DNA of 64,000 nucleotides from an uncultured Oscillospiraceae bacterium (GTDB lineage Bacteria; Bacillota; Clostridia; Peptostreptococcales; Anaerovoracaceae): NCBI GenBank assembly GCA_964612345.1, contig CAZTEH010000004.1, positions 18,265 to 82,264 of the forward strand, read 5' to 3'. Shown piece by piece: positions 62,844 to 64,000 of this stretch (position 1 is its first letter; each line of letters starts with the position of its first letter). The notes under the pieces were generated by a model. It saw only the letters and a program-made list of their open reading frames with translations, ran no database searches and was not told where the DNA came from. The position numbers and the translations under genes were made by a program.

Positions 62844-63761
62844 ATGATTTCTAACGCATATACGCCGCCATATTCCATGACAGAGACTATAACGAGCTTA
62901 ATGATAGAAATTGGAGAAAAAGTAGGTTCCATTATGGCATGGCAGCATATGAATGCCAATCCGCAGCTGCGCAGAAACAGCCGTATCCGCACCATTCACG
63001 CATCCCTTGCCATAGAAAACAACTCTTTATCCTTAGATCAAGTGACAGACATTATTAATGGCAAGCGTATCCTTGGCGCACCTGGAGAAATCCGAGAGGT
63101 CAAAAACGCTTATGAGGCATACGAAAGGCTGTTGTCTTTCAATCCCTATTCCGTTGAAGATTTACTGAAAGCGCACGGTATTCTGATGGATGATTTGGCG
63201 ACGCCAGCCGAAATGGTGCTTCAGCATATGGCCAACCTCCTGCATTGGACAGAAACCACAAAGATGCCCCCGCTGATTAAAAGCTGTGTATTCCATTATG
63301 AGTTTGAGTTTATTCACCCATTCGCAGACGGGAATGGCCGTATGGGAAGAATGTGGAACACGCTGCTGCTGTACCAATGGAAGCCGATATTTGCGTGGAT
63401 ACCCGTGGAAACAGTGATACGCGAAAAGCAGGAGGCTTATTACGATGCTCTTGGAAGGGCGGACAGAGTTGCCAATGCTACGCCGTTTGTGGAGTTTTTA
63501 CTGCAGGCAATTCTCGACACCCTTATAGAGATTGAACGCGACCAAATACCCACAGGAAAAATTAGTCCGCATATTCAGCTATTCTTAGATAAGCTTGGCA
63601 ATGAAGAACTAGCCGCCAGCGAAATTATGAGGCGTATGGGATTAAAGAACCGACCGGCTTTTCGAAAAACGTATTTGCAGCCCGCATTGAATGCTCATTT
63701 AGTTGAGATGTCACTTCCGGACAAACCGAACAGCAAAAATCAGAAATACAGAAAGCGCTGA
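62844..63761 (+). CDS. Fic-domain protein (class II, N-terminal inhibitory helix) with C-terminal winged-helix-like tail
   Basis: GGAGG RBS. Fic motif HPFADGNGRMGR. Inhibitory motif S-x-x-x-E-N in TIHASLAIENNSL. Confidence 0.9.
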   Translation: MISNAYTPPYSMTETITSLMIEIGEKVGSIMAWQHMNANPQLRRNSRIRTIHASLAIENNSLSLDQVTDIINGKRILGAPGEIREVKNAYEAYERLLSFNPYSVEDLLKAHGILMDDLATPAEMVLQHMANLLHWTETTKMPPLIKSCVFHYEFEFIHPFADGNGRMGRMWNTLLLYQWKPIFAWIPVETVIREKQEAYYDALGRADRVANATPFVEFLLQAILDTLIEIERDQIPTGKISPHIQLFLDKLGNEELAASEIMRRMGLKNRPAFRKTYLQPALNAHLVEMSLPDKPNSKNQKYRKR

Positions 63762-63819
63762 AAATCTTGCTGCCCGACTAAGAGAAATATTGATTTAACA
63801 AGGATTATGAGGAAAATTT

Positions 63820-64000
63820 ATGATGAAAAAAATCAAGAAAATCATTACAGTAACCATCGTTATCGCCGTACTGGTGACCACAAGCGTACCCGTGTTTGCA
63901 TTCAGCCAGAATGAAAGTCGTAGTGTGGAAAATTTCTTTATCGACGCGCAGCTGCTGAAAGGGGACGGCACGAGTTACGGACTTGAGAAAACCGCCAGCC
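63820..64000 (+). CDS. Secreted protein, N-terminal fragment (runs off the window; possibly another SLH-type protein)
   Basis: GAGGAAA RBS, then ATGATG. MMKKIKKIITVTIVIAVLVTTSVPVFAFSQNES... is a signal peptide. ...AQLLKGDGTSYGLEKTAS resembles the start of an SLH-like repeat. Confidence 0.5.
   Translation, partial: MMKKIKKIITVTIVIAVLVTTSVPVFAFSQNESRSVENFFIDAQLLKGDGTSYGLEKTAS

Noticed and set aside
62594-62995. 133-aa minus-strand ORF covering the tRNA and the Fic gene start
   Set aside because: It overlaps a well-folded tRNA gene and the Fic RBS and start, so it is spurious.
62588-64000. Integrated mobile element at the tRNA-Val 3' end
   Set aside because: No integrase, no direct repeat of the tRNA 3' end and no phage or conjugation genes are visible in the remaining 1.3 kb. 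The question stays open beyond the window edge.
1-64000. CRISPR arrays, rRNA genes, riboswitches (c-di-GMP, T-box) upstream of the surface-protein genes
   Set aside because: I found no regularly spaced direct repeats and no rRNA-like sequence. The leaders I inspected (4210-4336, 9256-9402, 607-654) show no recognisable riboswitch cores. A covariance-model scan would be needed to exclude them fully.

Overview
The window looks like a cell-envelope region of a Firmicute, probably class Clostridia (inference from SLH proteins, GGAGG-type RBSs and AT-rich codon usage). Layout: (1) 1-11.8 kb holds six genes for secreted SLH-domain (S-layer homology) proteins. One of them (9403-11802) carries the marks of the major, highly expressed S-layer protein. 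(2) 11.9-12.9 kb is a decayed, truncated IS66-family element. (3) 13.1-44.9 kb is a glycan biosynthesis region of about 32 kb. It encodes a legionaminic-acid-type nonulosonic acid pathway, a GDP-mannose/GDP-L-fucose module, a second GDP-6-deoxy-amino-sugar branch and a UDP-6-deoxy-L-HexNAc module (CapE/FnlA/QnlA type). It also encodes about seven candidate glycosyltransferases, three methyltransferases, a fused MsbA/PglK-type ABC exporter, a PglC-type initiating phosphoglycosyl transferase and a Wzy_C (O-antigen-ligase-type) membrane protein with a large extra loop domain. I found no Wzx, Wzz, LCP or CsaB gene. My main hypothesis is that this is an S-layer protein O-glycosylation island, partly acquired horizontally: 13.1-36.9 kb and 42.9-47.5 kb are visibly much more AT-rich than the flanks. 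(4) 45-47.5 kb carries a copper-amine-oxidase-N-domain protein and an orphan TolC-like protein. (5) 47.8-53.8 kb is a minus-strand operon: Cache-domain membrane sensor without a recognisable output domain, N-carbamoylputrescine-amidase-like nitrilase, APC permease, amidohydrolase and a small Cys-rich protein. It is divergent from a histidine kinase/OmpR-type response regulator pair. (6) 56.4-64 kb is housekeeping-like: panE, pepD, a SWIM+SNF2 helicase, tRNA-Val(GAC), a class II Fic protein and the start of another secreted protein. I saw no CRISPR array, rRNA, integrase or intact transposase. All family assignments come from motif recognition by eye, not from database searches.
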